A DNA stretch of 64,000 nucleotides from an uncultured bacterium (GTDB taxonomy: Bacteria; Krumholzibacteriota; Krumholzibacteriia; Krumholzibacteriales; Krumholzibacteriaceae), in the NCBI GenBank assembly GCA_963813815.1, contig CAWFAD010000010.1, positions 32,001 to 96,000 of the forward strand, written 5' to 3'. Both the position numbers and the translations under genes were made by a program. The notes under the pieces were generated by a model that saw nothing but the letters and a program-made list of their open reading frames with translations, did not search any database and was not told the DNA's origin. Shown here piece after piece: positions 40,667-48,913 of the stretch. Each line of letters opens with the position of its first letter. Within the stretch, counting starts at the first letter, position 1.

Positions 40667-41818
40667 TCAGATCTGCCGGGCGTGCATCACCTCGTGAGCG
40701 ATGATGAGGCGCTGGATCTCGCTCGTTCCCTCGAAGAGGCGGTTGATGCGCGAATCGCGGTACATCCGCTCGATCGGGTACTCGCGGATGAATCCGTAGC
40801 CGCCGTGCACCTGGAGCGCCGCGTCGACGATCCGGTCGAGCGCCTCGGAGCAGTAGAGCTTCACCATGGAGGATTCCTTGGTGACGTCCATGCCCTGGTC
40901 GTACATCCATGCGGTGCGGTACACGATCGATTCCATGTTGTAGATCTGAGTCGCCATGTCGGCGAGCATCCACTGAATGGCCTGGGTCTGGGATATCTTC
41001 GCGCCGAACTGAACGCGCTCCTTCGAGTGGCTCACGCTGAGGGAGAGAGCTTCCTTCGCGGCGCCGAGCGTGGCGGCGCCGAGCCCGAGACGACCGCAGG
41101 CGAGGATGCGCATGCCGACGATGACGCCTCTCCCCGCGCGGCCGAGGAGGTTCGCCGCGGGCACCTTGACGTCGTCGAAGATGAGCTCGGCGGTTTCCGA
41201 TCCGCGGATGCCCATCTTGTGCTCGATCTTGCCGATCGAGAATCCGGGGAACGCCCGCTCGACGATGAAGGCCGAAACCTTGCCGTCCGCCTTGCCGCCC
41301 TTGTTCCGTGCGAAGACGGTGAAGGTGTCGGCGAAGCTCCCGTTCGTGATGAAGTTCTTGCGGCCGTTCAGCAGATAGTGGTCGCCCTTTTCCTCGGCGA
41401 CCGTCTCGCAGTTGAAGGCGTCGGAGCCGGCGTTTGGCTCGGTGAGGGCGAAGGCGGCTATTTTGCGCCCCTCGGCGAGCGGCACGAGATACTTCTGCTT
41501 TTGCTCCTCCGTTCCGAACATATAGATGCCCGAGCTCCCGATGCTCTGGTGCGCGCCGATGAAGGTCGCGGTCGACGAGCACCCCCTGCCGATCTCCTCC
41601 TGCACGATGCAGTAGCCCGTCTCGCCCATGCCGGCCCCGCCGTACTCGGGCGGAAACGAGACGCCGAGCAGCCCCAGCTCGGCGATCTTCGCGATGAGCT
41701 CGCGCGGTATCTTCTCCTCCTGATCGATCCGCTCGGCGATCGGCTTGATCTCGTTCGCGACGAACTTGCGGACCATCTCGCGCAGCATTTTCTGCTCTTC
41801 GGTGAATGTCCAATCCAT
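40667..41818 (-). CDS. Acyl-CoA dehydrogenase
   Basis: FALTEPNAGSDA, NGRKNFITNG, KMGIRGS, RVQFG, QVHGGYG and FEGTSEIQR motifs. Confidence 0.95.
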   Translation of the reverse strand: MDWTFTEEQKMLREMVRKFVANEIKPIAERIDQEEKIPRELIAKIAELGLLGVSFPPEYGGAGMGETGYCIVQEEIGRGCSSTATFIGAHQSIGSSGIYMFGTEEQKQKYLVPLAEGRKIAAFALTEPNAGSDAFNCETVAEEKGDHYLLNGRKNFITNGSFADTFTVFARNKGGKADGKVSAFIVERAFPGFSIGKIEHKMGIRGSETAELIFDDVKVPAANLLGRAGRGVIVGMRILACGRLGLGAATLGAAKEALSLSVSHSKERVQFGAKISQTQAIQWMLADMATQIYNMESIVYRTAWMYDQGMDVTKESSMVKLYCSEALDRIVDAALQVHGGYGFIREYPIERMYRDSRINRLFEGTSEIQRLIIAHEVMHARQI

Positions 41819-42053
41819 GCGGAGCCTCCTCCGTAGTCGTCGTTTCGGGTGATGCCGGCCTCCGGCGGCAATGGCGAATCGATGCGGGACGCGCCAAGAG
41901 ATGGAATACCCAGGCGCTCGGAAGGCCGGATTCGAGTTCGAGCGGGATAGGGTAAGTCCGCAACCCCTTCCTGTCAAGGGAAATGCGTTGCGACACCCCC
42001 CCGTTTCGTGCTACTCTGCGAAGCCGCGTCCGGACGGTGGAGGCGTCGATCGA

Positions 42054-42767
42054 ATGGCCGGAACCGCGCAGATCGAGCTCAGGATGGAATGGCTCCCGCT
42101 CGGCAAACGCCGCGCGACGGCCATGCTCCGCCGCGCGGTGCCCGCCGTCCGCGCCGCGGTCGAGGGCGCGCGGAGCCCTTCTGTGACGGAGATCGCGAGG
42201 AGCACGCGCGAGCCCTTTCGCGTGCTCGTCTCGACCGTCATCAGCGCGAGGACCAAGGACGAGGTGACGGCGGAGGCGAGCCGGCGTCTTTTGGGCCGCG
42301 CGTCGACGCCCCGGAGGTTGGCGGCGCTCCCCGAGCGGACGATCGCCGCTCTCATCTACCCGGCCGGCTTCTACCGGACCAAGGCGAGGGCGATCCGGGA
42401 GCTCTCCCGCGTGATCGCCCATGATCTCGGCGGGCGGGTCCCCGATACGATGGAGGGCCTGCTCGAGCTCCCCGGCGTGGGAAGGAAGACGGCCAACCTC
42501 GTGCTCACGCTCGGCTTCGGAAAGCCGGGAATCTGCGTCGACACGCACGTTCACCGGATATCGAACCGTCTCGGCGCCGTGCGCACGGCCCGTCCCGCCG
42601 AGACGGAAGCGGCGCTCCGCGCGGCCCTGCCGCGCGAGCACTGGATCGAAATCAACGATCTTCTGGTCATGTTCGGGCAAACGATCTGCGTTCCCGTCTC
42701 GCCGCGCTGCTCGGCGTGTCCCCTCGCCCGCGTCTGCCGGCGCGAGGGAGTGACGCGATCGCGATGA
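42054..42767 (+). CDS. nth: Endonuclease III (HhH-GPD, 4Fe-4S)
   Basis: LPGVGRKTANL, VDTHVHRI and C-x6-C-x2-C-x5-C motifs. Start codon uncertain. Confidence 0.9.
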   Translation: MAGTAQIELRMEWLPLGKRRATAMLRRAVPAVRAAVEGARSPSVTEIARSTREPFRVLVSTVISARTKDEVTAEASRRLLGRASTPRRLAALPERTIAALIYPAGFYRTKARAIRELSRVIAHDLGGRVPDTMEGLLELPGVGRKTANLVLTLGFGKPGICVDTHVHRISNRLGAVRTARPAETEAALRAALPREHWIEINDLLVMFGQTICVPVSPRCSACPLARVCRREGVTRSR

Positions 42768-42845
42768 ATCCGGACCGCCGCTTCCGCGAAGGGAACGCGG
42801 CGCGGACGGAAGGCCCGGCGGAAACGCTCGCATCGGAGGTTGCAC

Positions 42846-44135
42846 ATGAGGCTGCTCGCGACACTTGCCCTTTTTATCGCTCTCTGCGGCCCGGCCGCGG
42901 CGGGGACTCCCGGCTTCGACCGGTACTTCACGCCTCAGGCGCTCCGCATCGATCTCCACCACGGGGGCGACGCGGCGCACGAGACGTACAGTCTCGACGA
43001 GCTCCGGGCGGAGCCCTTCTACGCGGGGAGCCGGACGAATCTCCTCGACACCCTCGGCCTCGGCGAGTATCTCGTCCGGGTGTTCGATCTCAAAACGGGG
43101 GTCATGATATTCTCCCGCGGCTTTTCGACCGTCTTCGCCGAATGGAGGACGACGGACGAGGCGATCGCCGGATTCGGGAGGGTCTTCCACGAGTCGATCA
43201 TCGTTCCCTTTCCACGGGCGCCCGTGCAGGTCCGCGTCGAGCGGCGCGACCGCAACAGGGTGTTCAGGAGCCTGTTCGATCTCGTCGTCGATCCGGCCGA
43301 CTGGCATATCAACCGGGAGCGGAGGATGAGGGATTTCCGCGTCGTCGAGCTCGCCGCCAACGGTCCGAGCGAGCGCATGGTCGATATCGCGATCCTCGCC
43401 GACGGTTACCGGAGAGACGAGGTGCACAAGCTCCGCAAGGACGCTGATCGCCTCCTCGCCGTGCTCTTCGGCATGGAGCCGTTCAAGAGCCGCAAGCGGG
43501 ATTTCAACGTCAGGCTCATCGAGAGCCTCTCGGCGGAGTCGGACATCGACGAGCCCCGCGAGGGTCGCTGGCGCGCGAACGCGCTCGGATGCTCGTTCGA
43601 AGCCTTCGATATCCCCCGCTACGTGCTGACCTATTCGAACAAGGTCATGCGGGACGTCGCCGGCAACGTGCCGTACGACGCCGTGCTCGTCCTCGCGAAC
43701 GCCAAGCGGTACGGCGGCGGGGGCATCTACGGGCTCTACGCGATCAGCACCGTCGACAACGAGTTCTCGCCGTTCGTGTTCACGCACGAGTTCGGCCACT
43801 CGTTCGCGGGGCTCGGCGACGAGTATTACTCGTCGGAGGTGGCCTACAACGACATGTATCCGCGCGGCATCGAGCCGTGGGAGCCCAATATAACGGCTCT
43901 CCTCGACTCGACCGCGGTGAAGTGGGGGGATCTCATTGCGCCGGGGACTCCCGTGCCGACGCCGGACGACTCGCTTCACGCGGACGTCGTGGGGTGTTTC
44001 GAGGGAGCGGGGTACTCGGCCAAGGGGCTCTACCGCCCGATGCGCGACTGCCGCATGTTTTCGAAGAAGGCGGACTCCTTCTGCCCCGTGTGCCGGCGGG
44101 CGATCGAGCGGATGATCGATTTCCATGTGAAGTAG
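42846..44135 (+). CDS. Secreted M64 (IgA peptidase-like) metallopeptidase
   Basis: Signal peptide; HEFGHSFAGLGDEY; EGAGY..YRP..CRM..FCPVC. Confidence 0.9.
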   Translation: MRLLATLALFIALCGPAAAGTPGFDRYFTPQALRIDLHHGGDAAHETYSLDELRAEPFYAGSRTNLLDTLGLGEYLVRVFDLKTGVMIFSRGFSTVFAEWRTTDEAIAGFGRVFHESIIVPFPRAPVQVRVERRDRNRVFRSLFDLVVDPADWHINRERRMRDFRVVELAANGPSERMVDIAILADGYRRDEVHKLRKDADRLLAVLFGMEPFKSRKRDFNVRLIESLSAESDIDEPREGRWRANALGCSFEAFDIPRYVLTYSNKVMRDVAGNVPYDAVLVLANAKRYGGGGIYGLYAISTVDNEFSPFVFTHEFGHSFAGLGDEYYSSEVAYNDMYPRGIEPWEPNITALLDSTAVKWGDLIAPGTPVPTPDDSLHADVVGCFEGAGYSAKGLYRPMRDCRMFSKKADSFCPVCRRAIERMIDFHVK

Positions 44136-44145
44136 GAAACGGGAA

Positions 44146-44172
44146 CGGGGGCGGCCGCCGAGGCCGCCCCCG
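44146..44172. terminator. GC-rich hairpin between convergent genes
   Basis: CGGGGGCGGCC-GCCGA-GGCCGCCCCCG; no U-tract. Confidence 0.4.
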
Positions 44173-44210
44173 CCGGATGACGGGGAGGGACGAACGCGCC
44201 GTTCGCCCCG

Positions 44211-44717
44211 TCACGGACCGACGTTCATGAGGCGCTCTCCCCGCAGAAAATCGTCCGTGTTGTAATCCTCGGTGATCTCGAGGGCGCGATACTCCGCCTC
44301 GAGGATCGAGTAGTGGCTGCGCTCCATGCTCGCGAGGTACTCGAGCATCGATCGGCTGCTCTGGTCGCGCGTCTTTCCGGCCAGCGCGCCGTAGAACTCC
44401 TCCGATTTCTTTTCGGCCTCCATCGCGGCGGCGAAGCACTCTTTGAGGGTGGCGTCCCGCTCGAGCACGTCCGATACGCTCGGAACGAGCGATTTCGGAG
44501 GCAGGCTGAGATCGACGCCGGGGAAGCGCTTGCGGTAGGCCTCGGTGAGGATCCTTTCGTGGCTCTGCTCTTGGGCGATGAGAAAATCGACCTTCGCCTT
44601 GAGGTCGGGATTTTTCGCCTTTTCCCGCATGCGGTGATAGAGCTTGATCGCCTCGACCTCGGATTTGACGGCGATGGCGAGGACCTCGAGGGTCGTGAGA
44701 TCGCGTTCTCGGCTCAT
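44211..44717 (-). CDS. Ferritin-like/rubrerythrin di-iron domain protein
   Basis: AVKSE..EQSHE and AMEAE..ERSHY, i.e. a duplicated E...ExxH pattern. Confidence 0.85.
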   Translation of the reverse strand: MSRERDLTTLEVLAIAVKSEVEAIKLYHRMREKAKNPDLKAKVDFLIAQEQSHERILTEAYRKRFPGVDLSLPPKSLVPSVSDVLERDATLKECFAAAMEAEKKSEEFYGALAGKTRDQSSRSMLEYLASMERSHYSILEAEYRALEITEDYNTDDFLRGERLMNVGP

Positions 44718-44816
44718 GCGCGAATCCTTTCGTTCCGTGCGGCGTGTCCGCGGGGACGCGCCATTATTTCACTTTACTCGGTCCGCGGCCGCTCGTACCT
44801 TGTGGGCGGCATCGTT

Positions 44817-44860
44817 CGAGAACCGTTTTCAATAGTAGGGGAGCGGCGCGGCCGTGTCAA
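44817..44860 (-). promoter_or_regulatory. sigma70 promoter with an adjacent Fur/PerR-like 7-1-7 palindrome
   Basis: Minus strand reads TTGACA-N17-TACTAT, directly followed by TGAAAAC-G-GTTCTCG. Confidence 0.55.
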
Positions 44861-44920
44861 GGACAGGCCGCCGGTTTGAGACGCCCGCGCCGCGGGAGCG
44901 TTCGTCCAAGGAGGACCGCC

Positions 44921-45442
44921 GTGGAGAACACGAACCGGCTCGAGGCGCTGAGGCTCGCCCTCGCGAACGAAGAGAAGGAACGCGATTTCTATCTCGCCCA
45001 CGCGAAACGCACGAAGGATCGTCTCGGCAGACAGATGTTCGAGTCGATAGCCGCCGACGAGGACGAGCATTACCGGCGGCTCGCGGAGCTCGGCAAGAAG
45101 CTCGAGGAGCGCAACAAGTGGCCCGAGGGCTTTTCGCCCGATATCCGGACCCGCGTCACCGATGCCCTCAACCGTCTCAGCAAGGAAGCGAGCTCCGCTC
45201 CCGAGAGCGACGACGACGATCTCGAGGCGGTCAAGATCGCGATCGAGTTCGAGAAGAAGGGCGAGGCCTTCTACGCGCGTCTCGCCGACGGGGCGAAGGA
45301 CAAGGCGGAGAAACGCTTTTTCTCGCTGCTCGCCTCGATGGAGCGCGAGCATATGCTCTCGCTCGAGGACACCTTCGAGTATTTCACCGATCCGGAAAGC
45401 TGGATGGAGAGAAAAGGCGGCCGCCACCTCGACGGCGCGTGA
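44921..45442 (+). CDS. Ferritin-like/rubrerythrin di-iron domain protein
   Basis: GTG after AAGGAGG; ALANE..EDEHY and AIEFE..EREHM. Confidence 0.88.
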   Translation: MENTNRLEALRLALANEEKERDFYLAHAKRTKDRLGRQMFESIAADEDEHYRRLAELGKKLEERNKWPEGFSPDIRTRVTDALNRLSKEASSAPESDDDDLEAVKIAIEFEKKGEAFYARLADGAKDKAEKRFFSLLASMEREHMLSLEDTFEYFTDPESWMERKGGRHLDGA

Positions 45443-45463
45443 GTCCCGGCCGGCCCGGCGAAG

Positions 45464-46213
45464 CTACAGCGTGATCCCGCCGTCCACGACGATGGTCTGC
45501 CCCTGGATCCAGGAGGCCTCGTCCGAGAGCAGAAAGACGACGACGGCGGCGATCTCCTCCGGTCTCGCGAGGCGGCGCGCCGGAGTTCGCTCCTTCCATT
45601 TTTCGACGAGCGCTTCCCTATCGGGGAAATAGTCGAGCGCCGCCGTGTCGACGGGCCCTCCCGAAACCGCGTTCACGTTGACGCCGCGCGGCGCGAGCTC
45701 GGCGGCGAAGTAGCGGACGAGCGTCTCGAGCGCCGATTTGCTCGCGCCGACCGCCGCGTACCCGGGCAGGCACGTGAAGCTCCCGATCGACGAAACGGCC
45801 ACGGCGCGCCCTCCCGATTCGGGGAAGAGCTTCGCCGCTTCCTGCATGCCGAGCAGAAAGGCCCGGGCGTTCGCATTGAGGGCGAGGTCCCAGCCGAAGC
45901 GGCCGATCCTCGTCGCCGGTCCGATGACGCCGGAGACGGCGTTCGACACGAAGCAGTCGAGCCCGCCGAACGCCTCCTTGGCGGCGGCGAAGAGGCTCCG
46001 GATGTCCTTCGGCTCCGACACGTCGGCCCTGATCCGCACGGCCCGGCGGCCGAGACGCTCGATCGCGAGCGCGGTTTCGGCCGCCGCTTCCTCGTTCTTC
46101 ACGTAGCTCAGAACGACGTCGGCGCCTCGTCCGGCGAGCCGGAGCGCCACGGCGCGGCCGATGCCGCGGGAGCCCCCCGTCACGAGGACGCGTTTTCCCG
46201 AAAAGTCTTCCAT
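45464..46213 (-). CDS. fabL: SDR oxidoreductase, FabL-like enoyl-ACP reductase
   Basis: TGGSRGIG, FVSNAVSGV, Y-x6-K (YAAVGASK) and VSGGPVDT motifs. Confidence 0.72.
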   Translation of the reverse strand: MEDFSGKRVLVTGGSRGIGRAVALRLAGRGADVVLSYVKNEEAAAETALAIERLGRRAVRIRADVSEPKDIRSLFAAAKEAFGGLDCFVSNAVSGVIGPATRIGRFGWDLALNANARAFLLGMQEAAKLFPESGGRAVAVSSIGSFTCLPGYAAVGASKSALETLVRYFAAELAPRGVNVNAVSGGPVDTAALDYFPDREALVEKWKERTPARRLARPEEIAAVVVFLLSDEASWIQGQTIVVDGGITL

Positions 46214-46240
46214 GGCTCGTTCGCCGGGGCCGGCGCGTTC

Positions 46241-47173
46241 CTACCAGCCCGGAGCGGATTCCTCCCCCTGCAGAAATTTCAGGGCGTCGATCGCGGCGCG
46301 GCAGCCGCTGCCGGCCGCCGAGATCGCCTGCCGGTAGCGCGGATCGGCCACGTCGCCCGCGGCGAACACGCCCCGCACCGACGTGCTCGTGCCCTTCGTC
46401 ACGACGTATCCGTGAGGGTCGAGCTCGATCTTTCCCTTGAAGAGGGCGGTGGCGGGATCGTGGCCGACCGCGACGAAAACCCCGTCGACGGCGAGCTCCC
46501 TGCGCGCGCCCGTCTTCACGTCGCCGAGGACGAGCGCCGTGACTTTGTTCAAGGCGGGATCGAGTATATCCTCCACCACGGCGTTCCACTCGAACGCGAT
46601 CTTCGGATTGTCGAGCGCCTTCTTCTGCATGGCCTTCGAGGCGCGAAGCTCGTCCCGGCGGTGAACGATCGTCACCGAGCTCGCGAACCGCGTGAGAAAG
46701 GTCGCCTCTTCGACGGCGGCGTCGCCTCCTCCGACGACGGCCACGCGCTTTCCGGTGAAGAAGAATCCGTCGCAGGTCGCGCACGCGGACACGCCTTTGC
46801 CCCGAAGCAGTTTCTCCGATTCGAGCCCGAGCCAGCGGTAGGCGGAGCCCGTCGCGATGATGATGGAGCGCGTTTCGAACGTCTTCGCGCCCATCGAAAC
46901 CCTGAAGGGGCGGCTTTCGAGGTCGACCGAGGTGACCTCGCTCGATACGAGCTCGGCCCCGAACCGCTCGGCCTGCGCGCGGACGCGCTCCATGAGCTCG
47001 GGGCCCTGGATGCCCTCGGGAAATCCGGGGAAATTGTCGACGGTCGAGGTGATGGTGAGCTGGCCGCCCGGCTCGGCGCCGGTCGCGACGAGCGTCGAGA
47101 GCTCGGAGCGGCGGGCGTAGATCGCCGCGGTGAGACCGGCCGGGCCGGAGCCGATGATCGTGACGTCGTGCAT
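46241..47173 (-). CDS. trxB: Thioredoxin reductase
   Basis: GSGPAG, CATCDG, GGGDAAVEEA, HRRD and FAAGDV motifs. Confidence 0.96.
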   Translation of the reverse strand: MHDVTIIGSGPAGLTAAIYARRSELSTLVATGAEPGGQLTITSTVDNFPGFPEGIQGPELMERVRAQAERFGAELVSSEVTSVDLESRPFRVSMGAKTFETRSIIIATGSAYRWLGLESEKLLRGKGVSACATCDGFFFTGKRVAVVGGGDAAVEEATFLTRFASSVTIVHRRDELRASKAMQKKALDNPKIAFEWNAVVEDILDPALNKVTALVLGDVKTGARRELAVDGVFVAVGHDPATALFKGKIELDPHGYVVTKGTSTSVRGVFAAGDVADPRYRQAISAAGSGCRAAIDALKFLQGEESAPGW

Positions 47174-47374
47174 GAACGTTCCTCCTGTGAGCGGAGCAGG
47201 GCTCAGAGTATAAGAATCGCGGAGGGCCGCGACAAGGGAAATCAGGGCCCGGGCCGCCCGGCGGGGCCGCCGGTAGCGTCAAGTAACGTGTGCAAATCGG
47301 GGTAGTGGGCGGCCCGGCGTCTTGCGGCGGACGGCGAGTCCGTGGTACGCTCGCCCTCGTACGGGAGGACCGCT

Positions 47375-47482
47375 ATGCCCGCCAATCTGCCGCCGCAATA
47401 CTACAAGGCCGAGGAAGAGTACAAGAGCGTCGAGCGCGATAACGTGCTCGAGGACGGGGACGTCATCGAGCTTCACATCTGA
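47375..47482 (+). pseudogene. 35-aa head-to-tail remnant of a DRG-like/TGS-domain GTPase
   Basis: Not in the ORF track. GGGAGGA RBS, then MPANLPPQYYKAEEEYK-SVERDNVLEDGDVIELHI. The two halves match the N- and C-termini of this GTPase family and the core is absent. Confidence 0.7.
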
Positions 47483-48324
47483 CGGCGCAGCGCGCGCAGC
47501 ACGGCGAGGTTCCGGCGGTCGTTGCGGCCGCGCTCGTCCTTCGGCGTTTCGAGAATCATGGGCCGGTCGAGGAATCGTCCGTCGTTCACGAGGAGCGAGA
47601 AGGCCGTTTCCCCGATCGTTCCGCGCCCGATGTGGGCGTGGCGGTCCACGCCGCTTCCGAGCTCCCGCGAGGAGTCGTTCAGATGAAAAACCTTGAGCCG
47701 CTCGAGGCCGATCGTCCGGTCGAAGAGCTCGAAGGTCCGGTCGAAGGAGCGCTTCGCGCGGAGGTCGTATCCCGCGGCGAAGGCGTGGCACGTGTCGAAG
47801 CAGACGCCGAGCCGGTCGCCGCGGTGGCAGAGCTCCATGATACGGGCGATCTCCTCGAAGGTGCGTCCGAGCGCGCTTCCCTGTCCGGCCGTCGTTTCGA
47901 GGAGGAGCCCGGTTCCCGATCCCTTCGCGGCGGCGAGGGCCGCGTCGATCGCCCGCGCCGCGCGCCGGCAGCCGCGCACCGATCCCTCCCCGCGATGGCT
48001 TCCCGGATGGATGACGAGGTAGGGAATGCCGAGGGCTCCGGCCCGCCGCAGCTCGTCGCCGAGGCAGTCGATCGAGCGCTCGAGAAGCCGGGGGTCGGGA
48101 GAGGCGACGTTGAGGAGGTAGCTCGCGTGGCCGACGACGAAGCCCGGCGCGAAGAGGGCCGCGAGCGATCGGAAGCGCTCGATTTCTTCCGGGGCGAGCG
48201 GGCGGGCGCGCCATTGATTCGAGCTCTTCACGAAGAGCTGCGCCGCGTTGCACCCGGCCGAGCGGGCGCGCTCGAGGGCGCGGTGCATTCCCCCCGCGAT
48301 CGACATGTGGGCGCCGAGATTCAT
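47473..48324 (-). CDS. nfo: Endonuclease IV
   Basis: LGAHMSIAGG, HASYLLN, HPGSH, ETTAGQG, DTCHAFAAG, HLNDS, DRHAHIG and ILETP motifs. Confidence 0.96.
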   Translation of the reverse strand: MNLGAHMSIAGGMHRALERARSAGCNAAQLFVKSSNQWRARPLAPEEIERFRSLAALFAPGFVVGHASYLLNVASPDPRLLERSIDCLGDELRRAGALGIPYLVIHPGSHRGEGSVRGCRRAARAIDAALAAAKGSGTGLLLETTAGQGSALGRTFEEIARIMELCHRGDRLGVCFDTCHAFAAGYDLRAKRSFDRTFELFDRTIGLERLKVFHLNDSSRELGSGVDRHAHIGRGTIGETAFSLLVNDGRFLDRPMILETPKDERGRNDRRNLAVLRALRRQM

Positions 48325-48406
48325 GTCCTCTCCGGTTGCGGGCGTTCTTGACTCCGCTCCACGGGGGCTAGTATTATCACATCGAACGACAGGAGGCCAC
48401 GGCGAA

Positions 48407-48646
48407 ATGGACGAGGATAGGAACGGCGAGTTCATCGAGCTCGCGAACGTGCAGGGAGATTTCGAAGCGCAGGTTCTGAGGGCGCTCCTCGAGTCCGAGG
48501 GGATCGACGTGATCGTGAAGGCGGGTCTCGTTCACTCCGTGCATCCGCTCACGGTCGACGGCCTCGGCGAGGTGCGGTTGTGCGTGCGCGACCGGGACGT
48601 CGAACGGGCGCGGGAGATTCTCGAGGCCTTCCGGAGCCACGGATAG
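48407..48646 (+). CDS. DUF2007-like small signal-transducing protein
   Basis: EAQVLRALLESEGI..VRLCVRDRDVERAREIL; AGGAGG RBS; upstream TTGACT-N18-TATTAT. Confidence 0.8.
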   Translation: MDEDRNGEFIELANVQGDFEAQVLRALLESEGIDVIVKAGLVHSVHPLTVDGLGEVRLCVRDRDVERAREILEAFRSHG

Positions 48647-48676
48647 ACGCGGCGCCCGGGCCCGGCGCATCGACTC

Positions 48677-48705
48677 TTGCCATCCATCGGGAACTTCGCT
48701 ATTAT
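48677..48705 (+). promoter_or_regulatory. sigma70-type promoter for tRNA-Val
   Basis: TTGCCA-N17-TATTAT. Confidence 0.65.
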
Positions 48706-48715
48706 CTTTCGGCGT

Positions 48716-48790
48716 GGGGGCTTAACTCAGCGGTAGAGTGCTATCCTCACACGATAGAAGTCGCAGGTTCAAATCCTGCAGTCCCCACCA
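48716..48790 (+). tRNA. tRNA-Val(CAC)
   Basis: GGGGGCT/AGTCCCC acceptor stem, CTATC-CTCACAC-GATAG anticodon arm, TTCAAAT T-loop, CCA end. Confidence 0.95.
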
Positions 48791-48913
48791 GGTTTTTCCG
48801 CTCGACCGGCCGAGCCGGCGGCGGGATGTCGCCGAGACCCGCCCGGCGGCGTCCGCGAGGGCGCCGCGTTTATGCGATAACGTTTTCCATCACCCGTCGA
48901 AAAGGAGTTCGCC

